Positions 44,690 to 58,800 of a stretch of DNA of 64,000 bases are shown here, piece by piece. Numbering within the stretch: position 1 is the first letter of the stretch; the number at the start of each line of letters is the position of its first letter. Made by a program: the position numbers and the translations under genes. The DNA comes from the human T2T-CHM13v2.0 reference genome, Homo sapiens. The notes beneath the pieces are model-generated. The model had not been told where the DNA came from. It ran no database searches and saw nothing but the letters and a program-made list of their open reading frames with translations. Location of the stretch: the NCBI RefSeq assembly GCF_009914755.1, contig NC_060933.1; one strand, written 5' to 3'.

Positions 44690-44782
44690 TGTTATCTCTC
44701 CGTCCCTGAGATTTTTGATGCTCCCTTAAATTTTGTGCCTGAAGTGAGTGTCTTGCTCATCTCACCCTAGTCCCAGCCCCAC
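44690..44782. mobile_element. MER96-like hAT fragment
   Basis: gctcccttaaattttgtgcctgaagtgagtg..ctcaccctagtcccagcccc. Confidence 0.55.
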
Positions 44783-44894
44783 CTCACACTGCAGTGACAA
44801 GTCACAGCACATGATTTAGAAATGTTTGCAATTGATCATTTTATAATTTAGCGTATATGGGATGCATATTGTTATAATAAATATTTGGGATTTT

Positions 44895-44924
44895 GTGTGT
44901 GTGCGTGTGTGTGTGTGTGTGTGT
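44895..44924. repeat. (GT)n microsatellite, interrupted
   Basis: Direct inspection. Confidence 0.9.
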
Positions 44925-45140
44925 TTGTATGTAACTAATTTGACTTCATGAGATCCTTAAAAAATTTACAGTAAGTGTTTGAGGGTCAGCAGATTGAGAC
45001 ACAGAGAGAACATACATGCATCATTTTTGACTCAACATCTCTTAGTTTAGCTTGGAAATCCTGCTGCACAGCACCACATCTGGTTCTGAGGTTTAGCTGT
45101 TGTCTACATCTGTCCTATGTGGTCATAAAGAGCTGGTGGA

Positions 45141-45435
45141 GGCTGGGCATGGTGGTTCATACCTGTAATCTCAGCACTTTGGGAGGCCGAGGTGGGCGGA
45201 TCACTTGAACTCAGGGGTCAGAGACCAGCCTGGGCAACATGGCGAAAACCTGCCTCTACCAAGAATACAAAAATGAGCTCGGCCTGGTGACCTGTGCCTA
45301 TAGTCCCAGCTACTCAGGAGGCCTAGGTGGGAGGATCACCTGAGCCTGGGAAGTTGAGGCTACAATGAACCATAATTGTGCCACTGCATTCCAGCCTGGG
45401 TGATGGAGTGAGACCCTGTCTGTCTAAAAAAAAAA
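45141..45435 (+). mobile_element. AluJ, full length
   Basis: J-type right arm; TSD aaagagctggtgga / aaagagccagtgaa. Confidence 0.9.
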
Positions 45436-47931
45436 GAGCCAGTGAAGACTGCTGACTGCATGCCCTGTAGCTACATGCCTTGCCCTGAGGCCACTGTTAT
45501 CTTCCCACTTCATGATCCTCCATGGGATTGCTCAGCCCCTCACCTCTGGCTTTATGTTGCCCTGATCTCTCCTTACTGTCCCAAGTCCCATATCTCTGTC
45601 CTCTTCTGTTCCTAATTTTCTACCTGTTCCCCAGTCTCAATGCCAGACTTTGCTTTGTGTTTCATCCCTGACTCCTCTATTGCTGGTGTATATCCGTCTC
45701 CTACGCTATTTCTTTGCCATCTGGAACAAGTTCTAGAAGCCTAATTAACTTGTAAAGTGCGTTCGGTTTGGATGGCACAACCCATCTTTCTTCCCCGTGA
45801 CTTGAACCTCCTGACCTTTTCTCATAAAACACTCATGTCCTATTTGCTACCCTGTGCTCAGTTGTCATTAGTTTGTGTTGACAGTTTTATTGTTTCCTGG
45901 TGACCCCTGTCCATCCACAATTACTATGGTATGTAGCAACCTATTTATTTCAAAGTTAAATGTGTGGTATAAAAATAAAACCAAAAATTCCACATTCTCG
46001 GGGGCAAAAATCCCAGGTTTTAAAATATGATTCACATTCATTCATGTATGTATAAATCCTATTATAACTTATTTCACTAAATTAGTGGCGAGGTCTCTTA
46101 ACCACGTCCAGAGAACAGTTAGTAACTCTTGGCTTTTTAGAACTCCTAGGCTCTTAAAATTGTGCATATGAATAAACAAACATTGAAAGAAAATTTTTTC
46201 ATGGAAGCCAAAATCAACCAAAAATAGATACATTTCAGCAATTACCACATTTATAGGCTTTAAAATATTGGCCTATTAATGAAGATGATTCATTCTTTCA
46301 AAACATCCTGGATTTTGACATAAAATAAGTTTATAGTTATGAGACCTGTGCGACCTCATCATAATGTTGGAATTAAAATAATAGAGAGAAAAATAGTTTG
46401 GTATATAGGAGTATGAAGCGAGGTGAGGAGACCAAGGTCTTTGTGTCAGTTGCTGACACTGATTATGGGACCAGCTTGGGTAAGACGTGTACCATGTGGA
46501 TGCCTCATGCTGGTAAAAGCAAGATGGGGGCTAAAAAGAGTAGCTTCCATCCAGAAATCACTAAAGCCAATGTAAATCAGCATCACATGACTACAGACCT
46601 ATATTTAAAAAAATGTTTTATCTCTGATTGCATTCCTATGATTAGTTTACATAGTAACGGATCGCTATTTGATTTTAAAAGTTGAAAGGCCAGCACAAAG
46701 ATGCAGAAAGAAAAAAAAAGTCCTGTGTGTTCCATAGGAGGCCAAGAAGTTTGGTATTTTTCCAGATACACGTAATATTCTTCTATGTATATCTGTACTC
46801 GTTAGACTGAGGATCCAGGTTTTATTAATTTCCATATCCTTTTTATAACTCTGTGGGATTCACATCTTTTGGGAGAATGGACTCTGGGAATAACCACATC
46901 TATTTGTAAAAGCATGCCCTTGACAGTTTATCTTTGGATTAATTGGTAAGTTTTATGAGTCAAATTGCCCCAGGCTTTTTCCTGAGTTTCTTCAGAGAAG
47001 CAATGGGAGGCAAAACTAACATTTTGCTGGTGCTTTGGGATCCTTGGTAAGAAGCTTATGTGAGAAGCACAAAGTATCGCTCTCATTTGGCACTCGTGAT
47101 TCGAAGGCATATTGATGCAGACACTTGAGTGCTCCAAATGACAAGATAATCCAGATAAACTTTACGCATCTTGCAGCACTTGAAGTTTCTAAAGCCAAAT
47201 AGAGTGGAAGGATAAAAGACAAACCAAGTTCCTAAGTTAGTTCATATCCTATATGTACTTGATGTCTCTCCTTCATATGAATCCCTGCTGCCAGCAACAA
47301 ATATTACAGCCAAGCACCTAGAGTTGGCCTATCTCCATGTGGACAATTCTATCACATATATGGGCTATGGATTCCAAAAATGAGACTATCTTCTTATGTA
47401 ACTTGCTTCATTTTAATTAACATAGTACTGAGTAATTAAATATGCTTTTCTACAATATCAGCTGTAATAGCAAAATAGTTCTCCATTATATGGATGAAAT
47501 GAAAATATACTTAATCAATCCCCTATATTTACATATTAGGAATCTCCACTGTTGGTGACTTACAATGTGGAAAAAGCTTCAATTTGACCTTTTAAGGTTT
47601 CCAAAACTTTCAGTAAAAATGAAACTGACGGGAGACCCAAGAGAGTAGGACTCAGAGCCCTGTGAGGTATTACATATTGTTACATATTGGGTCAGCAGGG
47701 CTTGCACCCTACAGAACCTGGGGGAGAACTGGATGCTTGAGTAATAATTTCTGTAAAATCATTATATAAACTGTGGCAAATGCACAAAATATGACATATT
47801 AAGGCTCAGAAATGACTATCTTTCAACATAATCTTTCCATGGTCATTTCCTGCCGAAGATATTGGCCTATGTTTAATTATCAGCCATGGTTTATACAGTT
47901 TAGTGTGGGGTGCATCTTTCTTTGAAGAGTC

Positions 47932-48238
47932 TTTTTTTTTTTTTTTTTTTTTTTTTTTTGAGATGGAGTCTCACTCTGTCGCCAGGCTGGAGCGCAGTGG
48001 CGTGATCTTGGCTCACTGCAACCACTGCCTCCTGGGTTCAAGCGATTCTCGTGCCTCAGCCTCCCTAGTAGATGGGATTATAGGCACATGCCACCACACT
48101 CAGCTAATTTTTGTATTTTTAGTAGACACGGGGTTTCTCCATGTTTGCCAGGGTGGTCTCGATCTCCTGACCTTGTGATCCGCCTGCCTCAGCCTCCCAA
48201 AGTGCTGGGATTACAGGCGTGAGCCACAATGCCTAGCC
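47932..48238 (-). mobile_element. AluS (Sc-like), full length
   Basis: Antisense Alu, long T tail, gtcgccaggctgg. Confidence 0.92.
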
Positions 48239-48341
48239 TCTTAGACGAGTCTTAATATGGACTTAAGTATAGTGCAGTTTAAAAAGTGGACAATGGCTTT
48301 ATAAGTGAATTAATAATTTTAGATGTATTAAGTCTGGTGAC

Positions 48342-48936
48342 TTGTATTGTGTGAGCATAGCTACTTGGAACTACATGTCCCAGGATACTCTTTCCTATTT
48401 GGTACCCGGTTAAAGTTGGCCACTAGAAAAATTCACACAAGTTTTGGAAGGCCAAAGCCAAGCCACAGCCATCTTGTTATTTTTGGAAGGTTGGCACAGG
48501 ATGCCAGGCACGGAGGCAGCTCATGCACACTGTAACTCTTCTGCAAGCTCACCTCGTTGTTGTGGGGCAGCACCCACACCCATCCACCTGCACCTCCCAC
48601 CAGAGCTACTCCTTCAGGTTCTGTGAACTCTGGGTCCCATATGCGTGTTGCTCCTTAATGAAGGATGCAGCTCGTCCTGCAGATCATCCGTGGCAACACG
48701 GTTGGAAGTGGTGCAAAGCAGATGCAAGTTCCAGTGTGATCTCCCATGTTCCAGTTTGTTCTTGCTCTTCTTTTCATCCAGCTTCCTGCCCTACAGCAAC
48801 CTGGCTGACCTATGGAAATTGCACAGACTGCTTCTTCAGTTCCCACTATTACCTACAGTGTAACCACTACAAGAAATTCCTTATCTGAGACCACTCATAC
48901 CAGTTCTACTTCTTTGATCAAAAAGTATTCATACAC
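48342..48936 (+). mobile_element. ERVL-class LTR (LTR33-like)
   Basis: gaactacatgtcccaggatactctttcc near the start; ccttatc..actcata..ttctacttctttgatc..ataca end. Family tentative. Confidence 0.55.
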
Positions 48937-49790
48937 ATACAGACAAGCACACACATTGAACCTGAAAGGTAGATGCACATAGCAGCTAGGCCTCCTCAGG
49001 CACTGAGGGATAGGATTGGGGTAGAGATTGAAAGACTCTTTAGTATAGGGAGCTTGCGTGTGAGAGATGTATGAGATGTGAAAGATGTGAGAGTGATGAC
49101 GGGAGTAGCCTCAGGCTTAATGGGGAATGACCCCATGGGCCTGGGAACATGGGACACAATTCCAGACACAAGAGCTCTGGAGAGTTTAACATAGAACCTT
49201 ACATATGTGCAATTAGTGAACCAAAGTTTATGTACCTGGGGCCCATAGAAAACATAGAAAGTACATATAAGAAAATGTAGAGAAGAGTATGGGACTGGGA
49301 TGGAAGCATTCTGGAAAGGAGTAGTGGACCTCTGGTAGTTTTGCCTGCCTGGCAAACATCCCTAACCTCCTGACAAGAATACCAGGGTTGTTAATGCATA
49401 CGGTGATTCTCTGTGAATTTATAAAGGGATGATCCCTCCAGGCAGATGCCCTAGATTGGGGCACCTGGCCTGGAGACTGGAGCAGATCCTAGCTTCATTC
49501 ACCCATCTGAACATTCTGCTGCTAACTTTGTGCCATGAACATGCTTGACTGTGTGCCATACCTCCCCACACAGTTCATGTGTTTCAGGTGGAGGGGCTCA
49601 AGCCCACCTTAGGCACAGGAATGGACATTTGACCGACTCCTGGCTATATTCCCATAGCCGATAATCCCCATGGATGAAGAGAACATCATTTTCCCCAGAG
49701 AAACAGAATCTTGGTGGTGTGACTTTGAGGAATGTGTTCACTCCTGAACCTATCTCTATGGTTAGCCATATGATCTCCTATTTAGACATT

Positions 49791-50169
49791 TGTTTTGTGC
49801 TGAACTGTGTCCCCTAAAATTGATATGCTGAAGTCCTAATCTCCAGTATCTCAGAATGTGATGGTATTTGGAGATAGGACAATTAAAGAGATAATTAAGG
49901 TAAAATGAGGCCTTATAAGTGGGCCCTGATGCAATATGACCACTTTCTGTATAGGAGATTAGGACACAGATGTATACCGAGGGAAGGCCAAGTAAAAAGG
50001 AAGGAGAAGGGCCATCCACAAGCCAAGAAGAGGGGTTCCAATGAAATGAACCCTGCTGACACCTTGTTCTCAGACTTCCAGGCCCCAGAATTGTGAGAAA
50101 ATAAATTTTTGTTCATTAAGTTACCCAGTCTCTGGTACTTTGTTAAGTCAGCCCTACCAAACTTATACA
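49791..50169 (+). mobile_element. MLT1B MaLR solo LTR
   Basis: gctgaactgtgtcccctaaaattgatatgctgaagtcctaa...cagaattgtgagaaaataaattt...aaacttataca. Confidence 0.88.
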
Positions 50170-53100
50170 GCATTGTTAGCTCTTACTAAGTGGCTCCATT
50201 TTTATAAAAAGATATCAAACTAATCTGTATTGTCTGCCTAGATACTTGCCTATTTAAAAAGTGACATAAACTAGCCCCATAATGAGCACCCTTTTAGCTT
50301 CAGGCCCACCCACCATTTAGCAAAAATCAAGCTGAAACAACCTTTATGAAGGGAAGTTTGGTTAAAGTGTATTTGTTTCATCAATTCCATCAGCTATTTG
50401 AAAGCTTACCTCTCTACCAAGCTCAATCATGAAGCTGAATCCCTCAGCTTTCAAGTGTTATTTCGGCATTAGCTTATCTATAACAAATTGCTCTTTGTTG
50501 AGGTGTCCTCGGCATTGAGCAAAGAACATTCTAGAAGAACCTCAAGAAGCCCATTTCTGTGTCTCCTGAAAGGTAACTACTAAGACCATTGCATGGGATT
50601 TTTGCCAGGAGGGCCCTGGGGAGAAATTTCTAACTCAAGTACCAAGAATATCTGCTCTTCTCATGATCAATTAATCCAGAGATTCACATAGTTTTTATTC
50701 TTGCAAGGATAGCTAGAAAGTTGGGTAATGGTTCTTAAACTTAAAACTTAATGTGCAGAAGAATCACCTGAGGAGCTAATTCTGAAACTCTTCTGGAGAG
50801 TGGGGAAAATGTAATACAGTACCCAATTTGGTCTGATGAAAACATTGAAGCTGTTTCTTTAGGTCGTGTTGCACTCCTATTAGGTAGAATTACTTAGGTT
50901 CTGTCTCTCCTTATTTTGCTTTCCAGGATGGCACCTGGGTATATGAGGTGTCTCCATGTTAGTGGGTTGGAGGGGTCCCTGTCCTTTTCTGGCTCTCGAG
51001 TGTTCTCTACCATGCCTCCCACCCAGCCCTCGGACCAGTCTGCTCAGTTCCACCTTCCCCTGTGGTGTCATCTTGCCCAGGACAGCAGGCTCCATGTGAG
51101 GGTGGCTGACTCTCAACTCAGATACCCACAACCCACGGGCCTTCAGGGAGAAGGAGTTGTTTTAACCCAGATCACCCTCTGTTTAGCCACTGGGTTGCTT
51201 TCTTAGTTGGGCTGAGTGTCTTTATGTTGGTGTGAGGCCTTCCTCATAGTCATCTCCTCCTTCAATCCCAAATGGAGAAGAAGGGGCAAGAGCCACCTTT
51301 CTTTGAGATTTCTTTGCTTATTCAGCACAAATCACCCTCTGGGCAAAAGTCTGAGGAGAAAATCAGGAGACCCAAGACTGAACATTTGAATCTTCATTTC
51401 TTTCTTCCCTTTCTGCTCTCTGTAATTCCCCAAGCCAGAAATGGGTAATCTTTTATTTTTCTTTACCTGCATCTTGTTTTCCTACAGTTGAGCAAGAGCT
51501 TTCCTGCCATTGCCTTCTTGGGGGGAAATAAAATTTTCTTAGCTCTAAGAAGAACTCAATGGCCGTGGGTCCTTCAGGATTGGCTGTTGATGTCCTAAAA
51601 GAGTAAATAAAAGCACTTGGGAAATCCTTTCTCTCTAAAAAATGCATGGCTCTTAAGCTTATTGACTTTCTGTTATATCCTATTTCATATGTCAGATGCT
51701 GAATATTACGTCAGTCTTTATTTTTATTTTTCTTTCCCCAACACATCTCCCCAAGCGTATGGATGCTCTAGGACATGTACTTGGAAATGCAAAACAAATA
51801 AAGTGCATTAATAATTTAAAATACTGTCTCCGATATATGCTTCTATATTATAAATAATAATAAAAGATAGATATCAGAAAAGAGAAAAAATTGTTTTGAA
51901 GGAAAGGAGGAAGAATAAATAATAAACTCCAAGAGCTCTTTTTTTTTTTTCAATCCTGGTGAGAGAGAGCAGTTCTAAAGGCATAGATACTGAGAAAGAA
52001 GAGATGGGGTCTGGGCCATATTTCAGGGCCCCTAATTTGGAGCATCTATTGGTAGACAAAAATTACTTTGAAAATTAGATGTGGGGCTAGTTGTCCTTGA
52101 TCTGATAAAGGATTAAAGGGTTAAGCTGAAGTATTTCTAAGAGCATTGGGACGATGGCAAGTAATCCAAATTTTCTTTGCTTCAATTTTTTTCTTTACTT
52201 TTATGAAGCTGATCAAACCATTCTCTTATCTGTCTTGCTGACCTCAAAGGAATGTGATGGAAAAAAAAATTGAAGAATAGAGCTCCCTTTAGAATAAGGT
52301 TGAGTTATTAGGTTTATTACATCTTTATTGTTACACATCAAGAATGGGCAGCTTTCTTATTCTATATCTTTAATAATGGAATTGTTGCAAACTGGTGGGC
52401 AGTTAAAGACTTTCAAAAGCAGCATGTCTTCCTCTTTCATTTCACATTGCCTTATTTCTTGTTTTGATAGAGATTGAGATGAAAGGAGGACTTAGAAATG
52501 TGCAGTCATTAGACATGGCAGTGGAATAGCCCAGGTGTGTGTCAGGTGACAGATGATTCCATAGCAAGAGACAGTAAAGTACTTTATGGTTAAAGAGTAG
52601 CAGGAAAGATTGTGAAGCAGGAAGGGTGCTATTATGAGTTTTATTATTTAGGTTTGTTTAGCAAGTATATGTAGATACAAAATCCTTGAAGATTTTGAAT
52701 ACTTCATAATTGGTTTAATTAGGAGCCTCCTTATTTCCCTGTTTTTCCAAAGAATCTCTGTTTAGACAAAAGGTGGTTACCAGCTTTATATGTCATCTTT
52801 ACCACAATCGTAAGATGTACTTTTTGTTCCTTTTGCAACCCACACACTGATGTAGCACACTGCTTAGCTTTCCATATTTCTTCTCTAAATCTTATCCCTT
52901 TTTTCCACTGTTTTTGTAGCAATAGGGACATGCCATCACTTTTTTTTTTTTCAGTTGAAAAATACTGTAATAAAGGTAGGCCGTGAATATATTCTGGTGG
53001 CATGATTTGTAAATGAGAAATGTTTTTAAAGATGCCTTTCTTGATGAATCCATTAGTGGTGTCTTGGTTTAAAAAAAAAATTGATGCCAGGGTGGAGTCT

Positions 53101-54689
53101 CCTTTTCTCCTAAGCACCTCTGATCCCAGTGTACAAATAATGTTTATATTCCAGTTCACAGAAAAAAAAAGGAACGTGAAAATATTTCATTGAAAGCTGA
53201 CAGCTTTAACGAACTTTAAAGGTTAACCCTGGTGCTAGTTAGCATATCTATTCATGTCTCCATCAGTCTATTGAATTACTCAGCTGAACATGCACACAAA
53301 AGCAAAACTGGAAAAAAAAAATACCCAGAAAGCCAACATTAATAATTCATAAATACTGGAGGCTTGTGACTGACAATTTTCCCCCTACTGTGTTGAAGTC
53401 TGTTAAGAACTGAATCCTGATAGCTCCTAAGTTACTTTAGAAACTCAGTGAGCAACCCTGTCCAGGAATGTTAATGTTTCTGTAAGTGGTTAGCTACCGA
53501 AACACATTGTGGGTTTTCATCCCCTCAAGCACTTGTTCATGTTCCTTTGGATTAGTATAAGGTATGGCTTTTCATGAGATGTTTAACTGACGGTTTTTAT
53601 ATTTGAATTTCACAAGCATCTGCAGACCATAAAGAACTCCAAATTCAGCCATAATCCTCTGTTACAAAGTAAATCGGCATTTTTGAACAGATTCCAGATA
53701 CCAATTATCGCATTAATGAGGATATACAATCACGTTGTCTGCTTGGGCAGGATTAGAAGTGATGCTGCTCCTGACAGGCCTGGCCTGCCTTGGAATTCAT
53801 AGTCCTTCTCCCTCCATGTACATGAAATTATATTTATTAAATCTTTCCATTAAAAATAGAAGTTATCAACATTTTTTATATATTAACTATTTTCCAGGGG
53901 ATATAAGGGACAAATACTTGTTGCCTGACGATAAATTGATTTCAAGCTCTTATATAGGAAGAATGCAAATTCAGGCTTTATGTTATTAGAAACATTTAAC
54001 GAAGTGCTCCCATAGAGGACTGAGGAGATGGGAACTGCATAGGTTCTCCAGTTGGTACTGATTGCTTTTCTCTACTGGGTTTGCTTCAGAAGGGGTTCCA
54101 AGGCGGTGGGCCGATATTTCTACCATTTGTCAATGATGAAGCTTCCTTTTACATTTTGCATTTTAGGATTTTTAATTGTTGTGCCATCTTTGGGAAAAAG
54201 CAATGGAAGTGTGTGGATGCAGAGTTTTCTCAGACTATTTTGATATGAGGCTATTGGTTAGCTCTCACTAGCCTGCTTCTAAAGGTGAAATGATGGTGAC
54301 GTTCCAATTTTAAAAACCCTTGCTTGGCTTCCTAAATTGCAGTGCTAGAAATTGGTTTATATTAGGGATAGCTAGAGAAATAACTCAATCTCTGGCCCTG
54401 TTAGCAAAAAGTCTGTTTTTGCTTCCTTTAAGTTGCTGTTAATAACAATCAGAAAACTATTACATTAAATCAGGTCCTTCCTCATTAAAGTCTTAGCCCA
54501 TGAACTGTCACTAAGGGATGTAAGTTTCAAGATTTGCAAGTTGTGGAGTAGATACTCAAAAATAAATGATTGATTCCATATGATTGCTTAATACAGAAGG
54601 CATTGACTTTTGTATTGAGCAATAAGTGAAGTCCAAAACATCTGTTGAGTACCTTTCCCGTATGGGGAGCTTCACCTGGTATGGTGACT

Positions 54690-55080
54690 GTATCAGTCAT
54701 TTATGATAGATGTAAGTTTGAAATCCTGCACTGCTGATTAATAACTGTGTAAGTTTGAGCCTTTGTTTACTGGTCTGCAAATTGGGGATAATAATATTTA
54801 CCAAAGAGGGTTGTACTGTGGATTAAATAAGATAATTTAGATGGAATACCTAGCAAAATTATTAGTAAATGCTGTTTTCCTTTCCTTCATATGAGAATCA
54901 GAACAATCTTTTGAAGAATCAAAACAATCTTTTTGTGCGTGCGTGTGTGTGTGTGTGTGTGCCTTTATTGTAATCCTGTGAGGTAGAAAAGGCAGATGTT
55001 AATGAAGAAATCGAGGCACAATCAAGTTATGTGGTTGGCTTGTTTAATTCAAAATTGGAATTTCAGCCTATTGATTTTTC
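54690..55080. mobile_element. MIR fragments flanking a (GT)n at ~54935-54961
   Basis: tctgcaaattggggataataatatttacc; gaagaaatcgaggcacaatcaagtta. Confidence 0.65.
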
Positions 55081-55869
55081 CTTATACTGCTTCTATGAGT
55101 ATATACTGCCTTTTTGTACCATTCTGTATCAAAGTCCAAATTAAATAATAATTACATCACTCCTAATTGTTTCAATCAATATTTGTCATTATACTAAGGT
55201 TATAGGTTATTTCTCCTTTGCTCAACACACATTCTTTAAAAAAATCTATTTGCCTATTTTTTCCCTTTGAGGATTTGAGGCAGCTTATAACATAGCAAAC
55301 CAAAATGAGAGTGACAAAGAAGATATAAAATATCAGGATCAAATAAAAAGGAGATCATAATTATCCACATCATAAGGCTTAAACCTTGTTGCCACAGCTG
55401 GCTTTCAAATTTGGCTTTAAGCCATTATATAATTCCTTGAGGGCAGTGAGTGATGTAATAAAAACTGACCTCAATCACATTTTTATAACTGATAAAATAC
55501 TAAATTTCATATGGCTTGACTATATGATGACATTTGATAAAAGCTAAAGGTAAACATTACACTCTTAGGGATAACCCTAATGTGTACAAAAATGTAACTT
55601 TCTGGCAGTTCAGCTCACTTCATCTCAGTATCTAGAGATGCTTGAGATCCCTGTGGATTGCATGAGTACTTTTTTGAAATGTTTTCTCTATGTTACAGTT
55701 ATTTTGCAAAAGTACCATTAAATTTTCCTCCCAAATTTATGAAATGTATGTGAAAAAATACAAAACAACATATTTTATAATCTTTCTCTTTACTCTTTTC
55801 TCTTCTCTGTTAATGTAATAACCTATATTAACAGCTCATGTGTATTAGTCCATTCCAGAGTAGAGAGTG

Positions 55870-58800
55870 CTAAAAAGGCAGATACAATACTTCAAAAAAT
55901 CCTTTTAAATGTATTTGAAAGTTGTGTGTCTGAGCTAGGGTTAAAATATAAGAAATAACTGGAGTTCAGAATCAGTCAGAAAAAAAATGGAGGTAAGAAT
56001 GAGCTGAAGATTGTTTTTTGCCTTGAGGGCGTGTGCTGAACCCTGCAAACTAGACTGATTTTAAAGGTCCTTATGTAAGGGATAGGAGACAGAGTCTATA
56101 ATCCAAAGAAAATGGGATGGCAGATCACTCCTCTCACACCCCCATCCCCAACACACATACATATAAAGCTGAAGTCCACTTTTATTTGGCACTTTGAGAA
56201 AAAAAAAACCACAAAACATTGTCTACTTGCCTGTTTGGGATTTGGCAAGAAAAATGAAGTCTTCTCAGATTATTTGAAAAAAAGGCATAATCACCAATAT
56301 GGCCAGAAGAGCACATCAGATTAGATAAATTTCAGGTTGTTAATGCTATTAGGTCCATGCCAGAAAACAAACAAACAAACAAATTGCTATCTGAAGTGAT
56401 GCATGTTAAACACTAGGTTAAGGAATTCTCATAGATGAACTTTCAAGGAACATGAGTTCATAATCAAAATTCACTAATAACATGAAGAAACAAGTGACTC
56501 TGAGTTTCAGCAGAAATGACATAAGATACAATCAGACCAGCAAATACTATATAGATACTGGAATTATTTGAGAGTAAACATTCAAATGTGCTTATTTTTT
56601 AAAGGAATAAAAATGGAAGGAAAGTGTAATTAAGGAACCAGAAATCAAAAAAGCTACTCTGAGTAGGCAAATAAGAAACAGAACCAAGTAAGATTTCTAA
56701 AAATAAAAAATGGACTCATTATAATTGGAAACACAATGGATAGTTTAAACAGTACATTAGACACAGCTGACATGAAAATTAGTGAACTGAAAGAAATCTA
56801 AACAATATTACCAAGAGTGTAAACCAGAAAGAGCAAGAGATGGGAATTGTGAAATAGAGTTTTAGACATTGAGGATAGGTAAGAAATTCTGACACGTATC
56901 TAATCTGATTGACAGAGCAAGAGAATAGACTGAATGGTGACAAGTTAATATTCTGAGAGGTAATGGCTGAAAATTTCCAGAACTGATGAAAGAAAACCAT
57001 CCACAAATATGGGAAGATTAATAAATCCAAAAATAAGATAAAGAAAAATCCAAAATTTTTACTTTTGGCTATGATGGAATATTTTGTATCAGAACAATGT
57101 CTCTATTGAGAACAATAATTAAATCTGAATTTTAAAAAAAATCCCTACTGTTTGAATGAATTGTAGTGAAACTAAGCAGCCAGAACTTGTGGAGCCAGGA
57201 TTCCAGCGGGATGAGAAATGCGTTGAAGAGGAGCTCCGCTTTGTCTGCTACTAATACTCGTAGGTTATTGTGGACTACAGAGGATAGAAAAGCTGAGTGG
57301 CAGCTCAGTGCTATCTGCATTCTTAGCAGACTGAGAATATAATTGGAACTCAAATTTACCCAAGCATCCAGAATTTTAGGGGTCACAATCTTGAAAATGG
57401 AGAATTGCTACGAAATGAGCTCAGTGATCAGTAAGATTTCCCCCTGAGGTATTTGCTGATTCCTAAACCATGGGCCAAGAGGTCAAAAACCCAACCAGAA
57501 AAAGGCACAGAATTTTTGACATTTTCATGCCACTAGGAACACATAAATTGGATATCATAGCTATCCAAAGATGAGGGACTCTGATAAACACCCCATGCTT
57601 TAAGTTGGGTCTACTGAAAGGCTAAACCCTGAGAATAAGGATAAACTGAAAAACAGACCAGATCTTCTTAAAACAAATACCAAACCTCAGATGATCTCAA
57701 TCCCTGATTGGATAAAGATGATCAGCCCTCTATCTGCCTTCCTGAAGAAAAGGAAATTAACTCTGAAGAGAGATATCATCATTCAGAACTAGCATACATA
57801 TGACATTGCAATCAATAACTTTAGAATACACATTCTTTTTTGGTGCATGTGAAACATTTGCAAACACTGACCATGTCCTGGATTATAAAGAAAATCTCAG
57901 GCATCAAGGGATGGAAATTATAAGTATTTATTCTTTGGTTACAAAAAATTTAAGATAGAAATTAGCTATAAAAAGATAACTTGAAAATCCCCAAATATTT
58001 GGAAACATAGCAGTTTTCTTTTGAAGTAACTTAAAAGTCAAAAAATTTATCACAATGGAAATTAGAAAATATTTTAAACTCATTATTAATAAAAGTATCA
58101 CATATCAAAACTTCAGAGATACCACTAATGCTACACTTAAGAAGGAAATTATAATGTTCATTGTGTATATTAGACAAGCGGTATTAAAATATAAAGAGAA
58201 TACTAAAACCAAAGATAATAAAAGGGATGAAATAAAAAGATGAGAAATTAATAAAATAGAAAATATATTTAAAATAGAATATATCAACAAAGCCAAATTT
58301 GGCTCTTTAAAAAGACCAGGCCAGGTAAGGTGGCTCACACCTGTAATCCTAGCACTTTGGAAGGCTGAGGCAGAAGGATCACTTGAGGCCAGAAGTTCAA
58401 GACCAGCTTGCGCAACATAGACACTGTCTCTACAAAAATAAATAAATAAATACTATCCAGGTGTAGTGGCACGTGTCTGTAGTCCTAGCTACTAGGGAGG
58501 CTGAGGCAGAATGATTGTTTGAACCCAGGAGTCTGAGGTTATGGTGAGCTATGATTGTGCCACTGCACTCCAGCCCGGGTAACAGAGAGATAACCTGTCA
58601 CAAACAAACAAATAAACCCCCGCAAAAACCCAATGAAAAACCAAAAATGTATAATCTTGTGGAAAGATTGATAAATAAGAGAGAAGCTCAAATTACCAAC
58701 ATTAGGTATAAATGAGAGACATCATTATAGACCATACAGTCATTGAAAGTCACAATAGGGTGTTGTGAACAAGTTTATGCCTATATATGAAAATTCAGAT

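Noticed and set aside
52731-53159. 142-aa minus-strand ORF
   Set aside because: No recognisable homology, homopolymer runs, non-ATG start; compatible with chance.
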